DNA of 59,238 nucleotides. It comes from Candidatus Zambryskibacteria bacterium RIFCSPHIGHO2_01_FULL_43_25. Its GTDB lineage: Bacteria; Patescibacteriota; Minisyncoccia; Phycocordibacterales; Zambryskibacteraceae. Made by a program: the position numbers and the translations under genes. Of the stretch, positions 9,774-19,252 are shown in pieces; the stretch's first letter is position 1, and each line of letters begins with the position of its first letter. The notes beneath the pieces are model-generated. The model worked only from the letters and a program-made list of their open reading frames with translations, was not told the origin of the DNA and made no database searches. The stretch covers positions 1 through 59,238 of the forward strand of contig MHVD01000017.1 in the NCBI GenBank assembly GCA_001823695.1. Direction: 5' to 3'.

Positions 9774-10518
9774 GAAAATCTTTACCGACGGCGCGTCGCG
9801 TGGCAATCCCGGCCCGGGAGGATGGGGGGCAATTGTAGTTTTTTCCTCTCGTAAAAACGATGAGAACCGAGAAGTTGTTGAACTTGGGGGAAGAGAGAAA
9901 AATACTACAAATAATAGAATGGAACTAGTCGCGCTTATTCAAGCACTCCAATTTGTAAAGAATCAAGAATCAGGAATAAAGAATAGGGAAATAAAAGTCT
10001 TTACTGACTCGGCTTATTTGTTGAATGGAGCAACAAGATGGCTTCAGTTGTGGGAAGAAAAAAATTGGAAAACAACAGGCAAAAAAGATGTTTTAAATAA
10101 AGACCTATGGAAGAAATTATTCAAACTGCTGAATAATTTTAATATTGAGTTTAAACTTCTTCTGGGCCATTCTGGAATTCCAGCAAACGAAAGATGTGAT
10201 GAGATTGCGACGGCATTTGCTGACCTGCCTGCGCAGGCAAGCGGCAAAAAGCCGAAACTCTATTCTGGTGTTCTTGAGAACTATGGAATAGATTTATCGG
10301 TTGCTTCTGTGCGACCGCAAGCCAAAAGCCGTAAGCTGAAGACTAAAAGCTCTCGCAAGCCGTATTCGTATGTAAGCGAAGTGAAAGGAATTGTCAAAGT
10401 GCATGAAACTTGGGCGGAATGCGAGAAGCGAGTCAAGGGCGTAAGCGGGGCCAGATTCAAAAAAGTGTTTAGCGGTGAAGAAGAGTCCGAGCTTGTCAAG
10501 CAATGGAGTATAGATTAG
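9772..10518 (+). CDS. rnhA: Ribonuclease HI with C-terminal hybrid-binding (Cauli_VI-like) domain
   Basis: FTDGASRGNPGPGGWG, TNNRMEL, TDSAY, GHSGIPANERCD; C-terminal HETWAECEKRVKGVSGARFKK. Start placed at ATG 9772. Confidence 0.93.
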   Translation: MKIFTDGASRGNPGPGGWGAIVVFSSRKNDENREVVELGGREKNTTNNRMELVALIQALQFVKNQESGIKNREIKVFTDSAYLLNGATRWLQLWEEKNWKTTGKKDVLNKDLWKKLFKLLNNFNIEFKLLLGHSGIPANERCDEIATAFADLPAQASGKKPKLYSGVLENYGIDLSVASVRPQAKSRKLKTKSSRKPYSYVSEVKGIVKVHETWAECEKRVKGVSGARFKKVFSGEEESELVKQWSID

Positions 10519-12026
10519 ACAAAGCCAAAATTATTTATTCAGCTCTTTTCGGATTTTTATTCGGCGTTGCCGCTGCCCCATTTCTTGGTGTTTCTATTTT
10601 TACCGCCCTGTGGTTTGCGCTTTTGGCGCTTATTTTAGGATTTTCATTGTTTGTTTTCTTGCCTTCCGAGCTCTCGCACTCTGTGTTTATAGTTATCTTC
10701 CTAATCGCGGCCGCTCTAGGAGTTGTGCGTTTCCAGGAGAAAGACACCGTTGCGCTCAACCCGGTGATTGAGCAGTCGGTCGGCGGCAAGGTGTCAATGA
10801 CCGGCGAGGTGGCCAACTATCCCGAAAGGCGGGAGAGCAATACCAGAATAATTCTCAAGCTGGAAGAGCGCGAGACTAGGGTGCTTGTCTGGGCGCCTCA
10901 TTACCCGGAGGTTTCCTACGGAGATTATCTGGAAGTTACCGGAACCTTGAAAAAACCGGAGATGTTTGCCACCGATGAGGGCGGTGTTTTCAACTATCCG
11001 GAGTATCTGGCCAAGGACGGGATATATTATGAGGTCAGTTTTGCCGATGTTGAAATTGTCGGCCACGGCGGCGGCAACAGAATAGTCTCTGCGCTTTTCG
11101 GCATAAGAAAATCTTTCTCCGAAGCTCTTGAAAGAGTGATAAAGGAGCCGGAATCTTCATTAGCGCGAGGCATTCTCTTGGGGGAGCGCAGCGGCTTGGG
11201 CGAGGAACTTGAAAATTCGTTCCGAACTTCGGGAATAGTTCATATCATCGTGCTCTCCGGATACAATATCGCAATCGTAGCCGCAGTCGTCTTGCGGTTT
11301 TTCTCTAAACTTCCCAAACGCGCCGCTCTTCTGCTCGCGGCAATCGGTATTGTTTTGTTTGCGGTAATGGTCGGCGGCGGCGCGACGGTCGCGCGGGCGA
11401 CCATCTTTGCGCTATTTGTCCTTTTGGCCAAAAGTCAGTACAGAAATGTGCATATCGGCCGGGCGTTGCTTCTCGTTGCCTCCCTAATGGTCGCCATAAA
11501 TCCGAAAATTATTTTCTACGACCCGTCTTTCCAGCTCTCTTTTCTGGCGACTGTCGGCCTAGTCTGGTTTTCGCCGAAAGTTCTGGGTAAATTAAGGTTT
11601 ATGAAAGGCAAATTGGAATTTCTCAAGGAAATAATAGGCACTACCATAGCGACTCAAATAATGGTCTTGCCATGGATACTCCATCTTACCGGCAATCTGC
11701 CGGTTTTCTCACTGCCGGTGAACGCCGTCGTTTTGCCTCTGATACCTTTTGTGATGCTCTCAAGCTTTGTGTCCGCTGTCTTGGGGCTGTTCTCGGCCTC
11801 TCTGGCCTTTCCGTTCGCCATTGTATCCCAGACGGTTCTGCAATTCGTAATCTTTGTCTCCAAAGAAGTTTCCCAGTTTGAATTTTCGGCAATATTATTC
11901 AAACCGTTTCCGATTTTTCTCACGGCCCTCATCTATGCGGTTATCTGGGCGCTTATGTATCGAGTAAATGTTCGGACGGCTATCTCAAAGTTTCTTTTAA
12001 ATTTTTCTCTACCACACTCCAGTTAA
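10503..12026 (+). CDS. comEC: ComEC/Rec2 competence membrane channel (DUF4131 + Competence domains)
   Basis: HIIVLSGYNI motif, SFQLSF motif, many TM helices. Confidence 0.92.
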   Translation: MEYRLDKAKIIYSALFGFLFGVAAAPFLGVSIFTALWFALLALILGFSLFVFLPSELSHSVFIVIFLIAAALGVVRFQEKDTVALNPVIEQSVGGKVSMTGEVANYPERRESNTRIILKLEERETRVLVWAPHYPEVSYGDYLEVTGTLKKPEMFATDEGGVFNYPEYLAKDGIYYEVSFADVEIVGHGGGNRIVSALFGIRKSFSEALERVIKEPESSLARGILLGERSGLGEELENSFRTSGIVHIIVLSGYNIAIVAAVVLRFFSKLPKRAALLLAAIGIVLFAVMVGGGATVARATIFALFVLLAKSQYRNVHIGRALLLVASLMVAINPKIIFYDPSFQLSFLATVGLVWFSPKVLGKLRFMKGKLEFLKEIIGTTIATQIMVLPWILHLTGNLPVFSLPVNAVVLPLIPFVMLSSFVSAVLGLFSASLAFPFAIVSQTVLQFVIFVSKEVSQFEFSAILFKPFPIFLTALIYAVIWALMYRVNVRTAISKFLLNFSLPHSS

Positions 12027-12035
12027 GATTCTCAA

Positions 12036-12079
12036 ACCCCAAAGCAAATCCGCCGGCCGGCGGATTGCTACGGGGCAAG
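12036..12079 (+). repeat. ACCCCAAA-hairpin-TACGGGGC repeat, copy 1
   Basis: accccaaagcaaatccgccggccggcggattgctacggggcaag; same architecture as 15934 and 24783. Confidence 0.8.
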
Positions 12080-12087
12080 GAAATCTT

Positions 12088-12681
12088 CTATTTTGTCGCT
12101 TCAGTAAAATTATTTTCTATCACAGACCAGTTCAGATTTGTGAAGAAGTCTTCAACATATTGTTTTTTTCCTGATGGCTGATAATCGGCGACATAAGAGT
12201 GCTCCCACATATCAATGGCCAAGACGGGAAACGTGCCTACCAAGTGTCCCAAGTGCTGTTCGTCCACCCATTGTGTCAGAAGTCTTTTGGTGTGTCTGTC
12301 ATAACAGAGCATTGCCCAGCCCACTCCGCGCGTCAGAGCAATTGATTTGAACATATTCATCCATTCATCAAAGTCACCCCACTCTTCTTCTATCGCTGTC
12401 CGCAGTTTGCTGTCTTCCGGAAGCGGCGCCGGGCCGTTCTCAAACTCGTCGAAATAATATTCGTGGTTTCGCATACCGCCCCACTCAAAGGAAAATCTTC
12501 TCTGAAGTTCTCCCAAAGCGTAAGCATTTTTCTCGGCATCCTTTTTATACTCGGAAATGGTATCCAATATCAGGTTGGCATTTTTCACATAACCGGCGTA
12601 GAGTTTCAGATGCTCTTCAATATTTCTCGCCGAAATGCCCTTAAGCGCCGGAATGTTAAACTTTCTTTCTTCAAATCTCAT
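12088..12681 (-). CDS. sod: Fe/Mn superoxide dismutase
   Basis: EEHLKLYAGYV, NHEYYF and DMWEHSY metal-ligand motifs. Confidence 0.92.
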   Translation of the reverse strand: MRFEERKFNIPALKGISARNIEEHLKLYAGYVKNANLILDTISEYKKDAEKNAYALGELQRRFSFEWGGMRNHEYYFDEFENGPAPLPEDSKLRTAIEEEWGDFDEWMNMFKSIALTRGVGWAMLCYDRHTKRLLTQWVDEQHLGHLVGTFPVLAIDMWEHSYVADYQPSGKKQYVEDFFTNLNWSVIENNFTEATK

Positions 12682-12750
12682 TTTATCTTTTTTATTTATT
12701 CTAATAGACTAATTATATCAGTCCCTGAAACTAATCGTATAATTTAAGAG

Positions 12751-13614
12751 ATGAAAGAGAAATTAAGCAAGATAAATCTGACCTTTGCCGCCATAGCGAT
12801 TCTTGTTATTGCGGATATCTTCGTCTGGTCTGCGGTATTTTCCGAGAAGCCGTCTGATTCGGCGTCTGTGAGCTTCTTTGACATTGGCCAGGGCGATTCA
12901 ATCTTTATTGAAGCTACGAACGGGAATCAAATCTTGGTAGACGGCGGTCCCGACGGCTCTGTTTTGCGCGAGCTTTCAGCGGCTATGCCTTTTTATGACC
13001 GTTTTATAGATGTGGTGGTGGCAACTCATCCGGACGCAGACCATATCGGTGGCTTGGTTGATGTGGTAGAGAGATACAGAATTGGCGCTTTTATTGAGCC
13101 CGGGGTTTCTTCCAACACTGCCTTTTATCAAGCTCTTAAGTCGGCGGTTGCCGACAAAAAAATTCCGACGTTTCTGGCTAGAAGAGGCATGTCAATTGAC
13201 CTTGGAGATGGCGGTTCACTTGTTATTCTCTTTCCGGATAGGGATGTTTCAGGTGTTGAAACAAATACTGCTTCCATAGTTGCCAAATTTCAGTTTGGAC
13301 AAAACAGCGTAATGCTAACAGGCGATTCACCGCAATCAATAGAAGAATATCTGGTTTCAATAAACGGAGAAAGACTGGCAAGCGATATTCTAAAGGTCGG
13401 ACATCACGGGTCGCGCACTTCTTCATCGGAGAGTTTTGTTTCCGCGGTTAACCCGCAGATGGCGATTATTTCTGCTGGCAAGGACAACCGATACGGCCAC
13501 CCTCACTCCGAGGTGATTGATTTGTTTAGCAAATTTTATATTGAAATGCTAAATACCGCAAAGGAGGGAACTATCGGTTTTGCCTTAAACGGAGCTTCTA
13601 TAATCAGAAAATAA
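12751..13614 (+). CDS. ComEC-associated metallo-beta-lactamase-fold nuclease (stand-alone)
   Basis: DIGQGDS, LVDGG, THPDADHIGG, LKVGHHGS and YGHPH motifs; N-terminal TM helix. Confidence 0.9.
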   Translation: MKEKLSKINLTFAAIAILVIADIFVWSAVFSEKPSDSASVSFFDIGQGDSIFIEATNGNQILVDGGPDGSVLRELSAAMPFYDRFIDVVVATHPDADHIGGLVDVVERYRIGAFIEPGVSSNTAFYQALKSAVADKKIPTFLARRGMSIDLGDGGSLVILFPDRDVSGVETNTASIVAKFQFGQNSVMLTGDSPQSIEEYLVSINGERLASDILKVGHHGSRTSSSESFVSAVNPQMAIISAGKDNRYGHPHSEVIDLFSKFYIEMLNTAKEGTIGFALNGASIIRK

Positions 13615-13656
13615 TCTCAAGTTGATGACTTTATTAAATTTAATAGATTATGGATT

Positions 13657-13698
13657 ACGCATATACCCCTTATTCGCACGAATAAGGGGTATATGCGT
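13657..13698. repeat. Palindrome with 20-bp perfect arms (CCCTTATTCG core family)
   Basis: acgcatataccccttattcg-ca-cgaataaggggtatatgcgt; related copy at 43286-43315. Confidence 0.9.
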
Positions 13699-13749
13699 TT
13701 CTAAATGTCGGACTTTTTTCTTTGTTTCTGACGGTTATGTGGGCGCAAA

Positions 13750-13992
13750 CTAAATAACACCTGCCTTTTTTAGCGTTATATACGCGCCTTTTTTCTGAAG
13801 AGTCTTGATTCCTTTTGTTGACAGAGTTACGACAACGAACTTTTTCAATTCAGGCACAAAGATTCGCTTCTTTTGAAGATTAGTATATTTTCTCTTTTTT
13901 CCGGTAGGGTTAAATTGCGTGGCGCGGGTTCTATTGCTGTAACCACCGCCCATCTTTGAACTTCTTTTTGTTACTGCGCAAATTCTAGCCAT
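13750..13992 (-). CDS. rpmB: 50S ribosomal protein L28
   Basis: MARICAVT...KRKYTNLQKKRIFVPE...LSTKGIKTL. Confidence 0.9.
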   Translation of the reverse strand: MARICAVTKRSSKMGGGYSNRTRATQFNPTGKKRKYTNLQKKRIFVPELKKFVVVTLSTKGIKTLQKKGAYITLKKAGVI

Positions 13993-14120
13993 GGCTGGTT
14001 TTCTTAATGAGTTAGGTGAGTTTTAAAAATTTATAGTCTCCATCAGTTGATGAATCCTTAATTTCAACGATACTATCACACAGTTAAACAGTTCGCAACT
14101 TTAGTGTTATATTTAAAACG

Positions 14121-14732
14121 ATGGGCATTGATTTCATATTCAATATCGTAATCCTCATACTCTCAGTGGTCGTGCATGAGGTCTCTCACGGTTACGCGGC
14201 GTACATTCAAGGTGACCCGACGGCTCACTATCAAGGCAGGCTTTCAGCAAATCCGCTAAAACATCTTGATCCTGTAGGATCTTTTCTAGTTCCTTTTGTT
14301 TCTTATATTCTCGGTGGCTTCATAATCGGCTGGGCCAAACCAGTTCCTTATAATCCGTATAACTTGAGGAATAGAAGGTGGGGTGAGGCCCTTGTTGCTG
14401 CCGCAGGACCTGCCGCCAATCTCATTATTGCAATCATCTTCAGTCTCATAATCAGATTTGGTCTTGGCTCCTTGCCCGAATCGTTCGTTCACATCGCAAG
14501 CGTAGTTGTCTTTATAAACATACTTTTGGCGTTTTTCAACCTAATGCCCATCCCACCGCTTGATGGTTCTAAGATTCTGTTTTCCATAATTCCCCAAGGG
14601 TTGAATATGGTCAGGTCTTTTCTGGAGAGAAATTCTCTCATATTTATAGTCATTTTTATCTTTCTGCTCTGGAGATTTTTGGTGCCAGTGGTCGTTCTCT
14701 TGTTTTCTTTGATGACGGGCCTGAACTTCTAG
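14121..14732 (+). CDS. Site-2 protease (M50 family)
   Basis: HEVSH zinc motif, AAAGP and FNLMPIPPLDG. Confidence 0.93.
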   Translation: MGIDFIFNIVILILSVVVHEVSHGYAAYIQGDPTAHYQGRLSANPLKHLDPVGSFLVPFVSYILGGFIIGWAKPVPYNPYNLRNRRWGEALVAAAGPAANLIIAIIFSLIIRFGLGSLPESFVHIASVVVFINILLAFFNLMPIPPLDGSKILFSIIPQGLNMVRSFLERNSLIFIVIFIFLLWRFLVPVVVLLFSLMTGLNF

Positions 14733-14742
14733 ATATAACAGC

Positions 14743-14771
14743 TTGCAAAAGAAGAAGCGGTGTATTAGAGT
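14743..14771 (+). promoter_or_regulatory. Sigma70-like promoter of the str operon
   Basis: TTGCAA-17 nt-TAGAGT upstream of the rpsL leader. Confidence 0.55.
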
Positions 14772-14945
14772 ATCAGCTGATTGCTTTGGGGCAATTTTCG
14801 TTTACCCTATTAAGTTTTTGGCCATTGTTTGGCGAAGCCAAATGCAGAGCGTAAGCCAGCTAGTTTAGGGTAAAAATGGAGGGAGTAATATCATGGTTAA
14901 CTTGGCTAGGTAATAGTTACTTAGTCAAAAACTTTGTAAGGGTAA

Positions 14946-15356
14946 ATGGCAACAATAAACCAGCTTGTTAGAAGAAAGAGAAAAAAGATAAGCCGAAAAT
15001 CAAAATCGACGGCACTTACGCGTGGTTTTAACACTATAAAAAATCGACCCGTCGCCTACTTTTCTCCGTTTAAGCGCGGTGTTTGCACTAAAGTTACAAC
15101 CAAGACTCCGAAAAAACCAAACTCTGCAATCAGGAAAATCGCTAGAGTTCGTCTGACAAACGGTACCGAAATAACCGCCTATATCCCCGGTATGGGGCAT
15201 GGCCTTCAGGAGCACTCTGTCGTTGTCGTTAAAGGCGGGAGAGTAAAGGATGTCGGACTGCGTTACTCCGTGGTTCGCGGCGTTCTTGATTCTACTGGCG
15301 TTGAAAATCGCAAAAAAGGCAGAAGCCAGTATGGGGCTAAAAGGCCAAAGTCGTAG
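14946..15356 (+). CDS. rpsL: 30S ribosomal protein S12
   Basis: [24 protein letters not shown]. Confidence 0.98.
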   Translation: MATINQLVRRKRKKISRKSKSTALTRGFNTIKNRPVAYFSPFKRGVCTKVTTKTPKKPNSAIRKIARVRLTNGTEITAYIPGMGHGLQEHSVVVVKGGRVKDVGLRYSVVRGVLDSTGVENRKKGRSQYGAKRPKS

Positions 15357-15414
15357 AAATTAGTGCTGGGTGGCGATTTTCTAAAATTCGCCTAGCTCAC
15401 TAAGAAAATCAGTT

Positions 15415-15882
15415 ATGAGAAGACCGGTAAAAAATAAACCAATAATAAATCCTGATTTGGTATATGACTCTGTCAAAGTTACCAAATTCACCAATTACAT
15501 AATGCTTAAAGGCAAGAAAAACACTGCCCGCAGAGTTGTCAATAACACTTTTAACATAATAAAGGAAAAATCAGGCGGTGAACCCCTTGAAGTCTTTGAA
15601 ACCGCGCTTAAAAATACCAGCCCTAATATGGAAGTCAGATCAAGAAGAGTTGGCGGCGCCAACTATCAGGTGCCCAGAGAAGTCAGACCCGAACGTCGTC
15701 AAGCTCTAGCTATGAAATGGATTATTGACGCCGCTCGTTCAAAAAAAGGAATGCCAATGGAGCAAAAACTTGCCGAGGAAATAATCTTGGCCTCAAAGAA
15801 TGAAGGTGAGGCGGTCAAGAAACGGGAGAATACCCACAAAATGGCAGAGGCCAACAAGGCTTTTGCTCATTTTGCTTGGTAA
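15415..15882 (+). CDS. rpsG: 30S ribosomal protein S7
   Basis: RRVGGANYQVP, MAEANKAFAHF. Confidence 0.98.
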   Translation: MRRPVKNKPIINPDLVYDSVKVTKFTNYIMLKGKKNTARRVVNNTFNIIKEKSGGEPLEVFETALKNTSPNMEVRSRRVGGANYQVPREVRPERRQALAMKWIIDAARSKKGMPMEQKLAEEIILASKNEGEAVKKRENTHKMAEANKAFAHFAW

Positions 15883-15891
15883 CTAGAAAAT

Positions 15892-15933
15892 ATGGAACGC
15901 GATTACCCTTTGGAGCGTGTTAGAAATTTCGGC
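15892..15933 (+). pseudogene. Duplicated 5' end of fusA (false start; the frame runs on to a stop at 16006-16008)
   Basis: Encodes [14 protein letters not shown] versus the real [14 protein letters not shown] at 16013. Confidence 0.88.
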
Positions 15934-15986
15934 ACCCCAAACAAAATAGCGGCCAGCAAGTGGCCTATTTTGTACGGGGCGAGAAG
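15934..15986 (+). repeat. ACCCCAAA-hairpin-TACGGGGCGAGAAG repeat, copy 2
   Basis: accccaa-acaaaatag..ctattttgt-acggggcgagaag immediately after the fusA false start. Confidence 0.85.
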
Positions 15987-16012
15987 GAGTGATTTTAATA
16001 TCTGGTAAGTAT

Positions 16013-18166
16013 ATGCAAAGAGACTATCCATTAGAGCGCGTTCGTAATTTCGGTATCATTGCCCATATTGATGCCGGCAAAACTACTACCTCCGAAAGAG
16101 TTTTGTATTACACTGGTTCTCAGCACAAAATCGGCGAAGTTCACGAAGGCGAGACAACGACCGACTGGATGGAACAGGAAAGGGAGAGAGGGATTACCAT
16201 CACTGCCGCCGCCGTAACATGTTTTTGGGCCCCGACATATCTTTCTGCGGACGAAAGAAGCAAAAAAGAAAATAAGCACCGGTTTAATATCATCGATACT
16301 CCGGGGCATATTGATTTTACTGTTGAAGTGAAGCGGTCGTTGCGAGTTCTTGACGGAGCCGTTGTTGTTTTTGACGGTGTCGCCGGTGTTGAACCGCAAT
16401 CAGAGACGAACTGGCGTTACGCCGAAGAGGCCAAAGTACCGAGAATTTGTTTTATAAACAAACTGGACAGAACTGGCGCCAGTTTTGAAAGATCGTTTAA
16501 ATCAATAATAGGAAGACTCTCTAAAAAAGCTGTCAAATTGCAAATTCCCATCGGTGAGGAAGATAAACACGGGGGAGTTGTTGATCTTTTGACGATGAAG
16601 GCTTATTACTTTGAAGGCGAGTTGGGTGATCAGGTAGTTGAAAAAGAAATTCCGGAAAATCTAAAAGCCGCCGCCGAAAAGTACAGAGCGGAACTTATAG
16701 AAAAAATAGTTGAGAATGATGAAGAGCTGACACACCGCTATCTGGACGGGAAAGAAATCGCCCTTGCGGATTTAAAACGAGTTTTGAGAAAAGCGACCAT
16801 AGACAACAGCATTTTCCCCGTAATGGCCGGTTCGGCCCTAAAGAACAAGGGGGTTCAATTGATTCTTGACGCTGTCGTGGATTACCTGCCGTCGCCACTA
16901 GACGTTCCTCCGGTTAAAGGAATAAATCCTAATACCGGAGAGGAAGTAGAGAGACACGCTTCCGACGAAGAGCCGTTTTCCGCTCTGGCTTTCAAATTAC
17001 AGGCCGACCCGTTCGTCGGTCAGCTTACTTTCTTCAGAGTCTATTCGGGCACGATTGAAGCGGGCAGTTATATCTATAATTCAACCACTGGAGAGAAAGA
17101 AAGATTGGGCAGAATTGTCAGACTTCAGGCAAATCACCGGGAAGAAGTAAAAAAGGTTTTTGCCGGCGAAATCGCTGCCGCCGTAGGACTCAAAAGCGCC
17201 AAAACCTCGCACACTTTTTGTGACGAAGATAATCCGATAATACTTGAAAAGATTAAATTCCCCGAACCGGTTATCTCTCTTCGCATTGAACCCAAGACAA
17301 AAGCCGACCAGGAGAAAATGGGCATGGCTCTCAAGCGTCTGTCGGACGAAGACCCGACATTTAAGATAAAGAGCGATTCCGAAACCGGCGAAACCGTGAT
17401 TATGGGCATGGGCGAGCTTCATTTGGAGATTCTTGTTGACCGGATGAAGAGAGAATTTAGCGTTCTGGCCGACGTCGGGAAACCGCAAGTTGCATACAAG
17501 GAAACCATTACAAGCGAGGCCGAAGTGGAAAATAAATACATCAAGCAAACCGGAGGAAAGGGCCAATACGGACACGTAAGAATCAAGATTAGGCCGATGC
17601 CGCAATACGACCCCAACGAAAAGATTCCTAAGAATACGCACAGGAAAGAAGGTTTTGAATTTATTGACTCAATCAAGGGCGGCGTGATTCCTCAAGAATT
17701 TATTCCGGCCGTAGAGAAGGGGGTATTTGAAAGCATGGAGCGTGGAGTTGTCGCCGGCTACAAGATGACCAATATTACCTGCGAACTGCTTTTCGGTTCT
17801 TACCACGATGTTGACTCTTCGGAAATTGCCTACAAAATAGCGGCCTCGCAGGCCTTTCAGGAAGCGGCCAAAAAAGCCAAGCCGGTGCTTCTTGAGCCAA
17901 TAATGAAAATAGAAGTCGTTGTACCGGAGAAATTTATGGGCGATATCACAGGAAACCTGAATTCCCGACGAGGACAAGTGGAAGGTATGGACGAAAGGGG
18001 AGAAATGAAAGTAATTGACGCCAAAGTGCCTCTGGCCGAAATGTTCGGGTATGTCACGCAACTGCGTTCTATGACCGAGGGCCGTGGCTCTTCCACAATG
18101 GAATTTGACCACTACGCGATTGTCCCTCCTAACGTAGCTTTGACGATCATTGAATCTCGGAAGTAG
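16013..18166 (+). CDS. fusA: Elongation factor G
   Basis: [23 protein letters not shown]; start at ATG 16013. Confidence 0.98.
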   Translation: MQRDYPLERVRNFGIIAHIDAGKTTTSERVLYYTGSQHKIGEVHEGETTTDWMEQERERGITITAAAVTCFWAPTYLSADERSKKENKHRFNIIDTPGHIDFTVEVKRSLRVLDGAVVVFDGVAGVEPQSETNWRYAEEAKVPRICFINKLDRTGASFERSFKSIIGRLSKKAVKLQIPIGEEDKHGGVVDLLTMKAYYFEGELGDQVVEKEIPENLKAAAEKYRAELIEKIVENDEELTHRYLDGKEIALADLKRVLRKATIDNSIFPVMAGSALKNKGVQLILDAVVDYLPSPLDVPPVKGINPNTGEEVERHASDEEPFSALAFKLQADPFVGQLTFFRVYSGTIEAGSYIYNSTTGEKERLGRIVRLQANHREEVKKVFAGEIAAAVGLKSAKTSHTFCDEDNPIILEKIKFPEPVISLRIEPKTKADQEKMGMALKRLSDEDPTFKIKSDSETGETVIMGMGELHLEILVDRMKREFSVLADVGKPQVAYKETITSEAEVENKYIKQTGGKGQYGHVRIKIRPMPQYDPNEKIPKNTHRKEGFEFIDSIKGGVIPQEFIPAVEKGVFESMERGVVAGYKMTNITCELLFGSYHDVDSSEIAYKIAASQAFQEAAKKAKPVLLEPIMKIEVVVPEKFMGDITGNLNSRRGQVEGMDERGEMKVIDAKVPLAEMFGYVTQLRSMTEGRGSSTMEFDHYAIVPPNVALTIIESRK

Positions 18167-18197
18167 AGCGAGTCAGCAGGATTAAAAATTACCGTAT

Positions 18198-18219
18198 CTT
18201 GCCCCGTACGAAATCCGCC
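18198..18219 (-). repeat. Right half of the ACCCCAAA/TACGGGGC repeat, copy 3
   Basis: Reverse complement reads ggcggatttcgtacggggcaag. Confidence 0.6.
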
Positions 18220-18329
18220 GCCTACTGTTGGAATCTAGAATTAAGAATCTGGAATTAAGAATAACGAGAACCAACAGACAACCACCTGACTAGTCACGTC
18301 ATGTGGTTGTTTGTATGTATAAATACAAG

Positions 18330-18361
18330 CTATTTTCTAATTCGTACGAATTAGAAAATAG
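18330..18361. repeat. 32-bp perfect palindrome (AATTCGTACGAATT core)
   Basis: ctattttctaattcgtacgaattagaaaatag. Confidence 0.9.
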
Positions 18362-18531
18362 TTGTAAATATAAATATAGAAATAGTTGTTTTGGGTTGAC
18401 TTGTTGGCGTTTGATGTTGTATGGTCAAAGAGGAAGTACATTGATGTCATAGATGCGAAAGCCACGATTCTTGGTGAATCGCGGCAATCACCAAGCTACC
18501 CTTCGGGAGTAGCGCTACATAGGGGATTCCT

Positions 18532-19206
18532 ATGGGCAAAGAAGACAGGACAACTTTCGGACAGGCCAACCATGTGCTGACTTTGATAAGTCAGCACAAC
18601 CCAAGTGCCGCCGATCTGGACATTATCTGCGACGGCTATATCACCGACCTGGTGATGGCGGCAAAAGCGCGGACTCTTCCCGTGAGGGATAAGTTCAGAG
18701 AGGCGTGTGGCCTCGTGAAGCTGGCTCCCATTCCCCTCCCACCCCTCCTCATCCCGCGCGGCACCGTCACGGTGACGCTCAAGGAGCGCCACAATCCGGA
18801 CGAGTTCTACCGGACCCGTTCCGGCCTCTTCGTACAGCCGGACTTTCGGGCGGGAGTCATCGCGGAGGCGAATCCGTCTGAAGCGGGCGAGAGCTTCAAT
18901 CTTAAGTACGCAGACCTCGGTAGGGATGCCTCGGACAGTGAGATTGAAGAAGTGCTCGGCAAGAGCCACTTCTTCGGCGAGACGCAAGTCTGCGCCATCG
19001 TGGCAGACTTCATCGCCAAACAGCAAAACGGCGAGGACGGCACACTGCTCAACGGTGGACGTGCGAACCTTTTCTACACAGGCTCCTGCGTCGTGGACGT
19101 TCACTGGTATGCCGGCCGCGGGTGGCGCGTCGTTGTGTGGTCTCGCGGCGGCGACGAGTGGCGCGCCGGCCGCCGCGTCTTCTCTCCCGCCCCGAAGCAA
19201 GCGTAG
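18532..19206 (+). CDS. Orphan protein resembling CPR DGR target proteins (C-type-lectin-like C-terminus with variable region)
   Basis: GTLLNGGRANLFY..VVDVHW..GWRV..W....EWRAGRRVFS motif; only 5 A in 19091-19190; GC-rich, with an SD-like AGGGG upstream. Confidence 0.7.
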   Translation: MGKEDRTTFGQANHVLTLISQHNPSAADLDIICDGYITDLVMAAKARTLPVRDKFREACGLVKLAPIPLPPLLIPRGTVTVTLKERHNPDEFYRTRSGLFVQPDFRAGVIAEANPSEAGESFNLKYADLGRDASDSEIEEVLGKSHFFGETQVCAIVADFIAKQQNGEDGTLLNGGRANLFYTGSCVVDVHWYAGRGWRVVVWSRGGDEWRAGRRVFSPAPKQA

Positions 19207-19252
19207 CTTGCAACGGGGCAAGCAACTGCAACAGACATTAAGTAGCACACAG

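Noticed and set aside
15892-16012. Intron or intein in fusA
   Set aside because: The downstream copy has its own ATG and the complete N-terminus, so no splicing is needed. No group I/II features are visible.
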